From assembly GCA_963700285.1 (NCBI GenBank), contig CAVOXA010000014.1:128001-192000 (forward strand): a stretch of DNA of 64,000 nt. The letters run 5' to 3'. The position numbers and the translations under genes were made by a program. This stretch comes from an uncultured Chloroflexia bacterium. GTDB taxonomy: Bacteria > Chloroflexota > Anaerolineae > JAAYZQ01. The notes beneath the pieces are model-generated. The model saw only the letters and a list, made by a program, of their open reading frames with translations, was not told where the DNA came from and made no database searches. Below are positions 63,198 through 64,000 of this stretch, in pieces (positions within the stretch are counted from its first letter, which is position 1; the number at the start of each line of letters is the position of its first letter).

Positions 63198-64000
63198 CTA
63201 TGCTTTGCTCAGATTGTATTTCATGATCCCGGCGTGCTTGCCTCCCTTGGTGCGCTCCAGGGCATAGACATCGCCCGCGGGGCCCCGCGCCTGGTCGGCA
63301 ACCTGATGGATGGCCGCCACGTCCTCGCCGTCCAGAGAAAAGTCAAAGAGGTGCAGGGTATCGGGCAGGTGGCCGGCGTGGCGCGCGCCGACGATAGCTG
63401 CGGCGACCCCGGGCTTTTGCAGGACGTAGCGCGTGGCCACGGCGGCGATACTGACCCCATGCTTACCGGCCACCTCGCGCAGCACAGCCAGCAGATGCTG
63501 GAACAGGCCCCAGCCACCAAACTCGTCGACGATGAGCATGTACTTGGTCAGGGAACGGTTCTCGAAGGGCGGCTCTGGTTGAGGCACGCCCAGATAGCGG
63601 TCCGAGAGAAGACCTCCGGCCAGGGAGCCATAGCAGAGTAGCGAGATGCCGTGCCGCGCACAAAAGTCAACCATAGCCGGTTCGGGGCGGCGGTCGAGGA
63701 CCGAGTACTGGACCTGGTTGGAGACCACTGGCACGCCAGCGTCCACGATCTGAGCGAGTCGAGGAACGTCAAAATTGGTCAGGCCAACCTGCTTGATCTT
63801 GCCCGCGCGCTGCAGGTCGTAGAGATATCCCGCGACCTGCACATAGCCGGGCACCTCATAGTCCCACCAGTGGAACTGGACGAGATCCAGCCGCTCAACA
63901 CCCAGGCGCCGCAGAGAGCGGTCGATGGCCCGCTCCACGCCATCCCTGCCCAGCGACGGCAGCGCGTCGAGATCGGGGACATACTTGGTGTGGACCTGCA
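63198..64000 (-). CDS. Aldo/keto reductase, 5' end outside window
   Basis: TKYVPD, SLRRLGVERLDLVQFHWW, NQVQYSVLDRR, YGSLAGG. Confidence 0.92.
   Translation of the reverse strand, partial: QVHTKYVPDLDALPSLGRDGVERAIDRSLRRLGVERLDLVQFHWWDYEVPGYVQVAGYLYDLQRAGKIKQVGLTNFDVPRLAQIVDAGVPVVSNQVQYSVLDRRPEPAMVDFCARHGISLLCYGSLAGGLLSDRYLGVPQPEPPFENRSLTKYMLIVDEFGGWGLFQHLLAVLREVAGKHGVSIAAVATRYVLQKPGVAAAIVGARHAGHLPDTLHLFDFSLDGEDVAAIHQVADQARGPAGDVYALERTKGGKHAGIMKYNLSKA

Overview
High-GC bacterial DNA whose gene content and lipoprotein/sorting motifs look like Chloroflexota (Anaerolineae-like; inference). Many single-base frameshifts suggest unpolished long-read sequence. Left to right: a NarL-type two-component pair; an Opp-like peptide ABC locus; a Rieske/cytochrome b/2x cytochrome c operon; a cyclic-nucleotide/peptide locus (cNMP-PP2C, PqqD/RRE-M50 peptidase-2x cNMP fusion, two NHLP-clan precursor peptides, HD hydrolase, CRP); an array of four diverged copies of a DUF523/DUF1722 (ybgA-like) gene interleaved with cargo genes; a probable light-stress cluster (Staygreen homolog, photolyase, Rieske oxygenase, CrtD-like desaturase) with CarH-like operators; an operon in which two class III cyclase-STAND ATPase-TPR-peptide-binding-domain fusions flank a second Opp importer; then housekeeping genes. 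The standout result is that both precursor-peptide genes carry the same promoter architecture: tandem CRP boxes centred at -41.5 and -64.5. With the processing protease, importer and peptide-binding cyclases, this suggests a closed peptide -> cNMP -> CRP -> peptide signalling loop (hypothesis). No rRNA, tRNA, CRISPR array, integrase or transposase was recognised.
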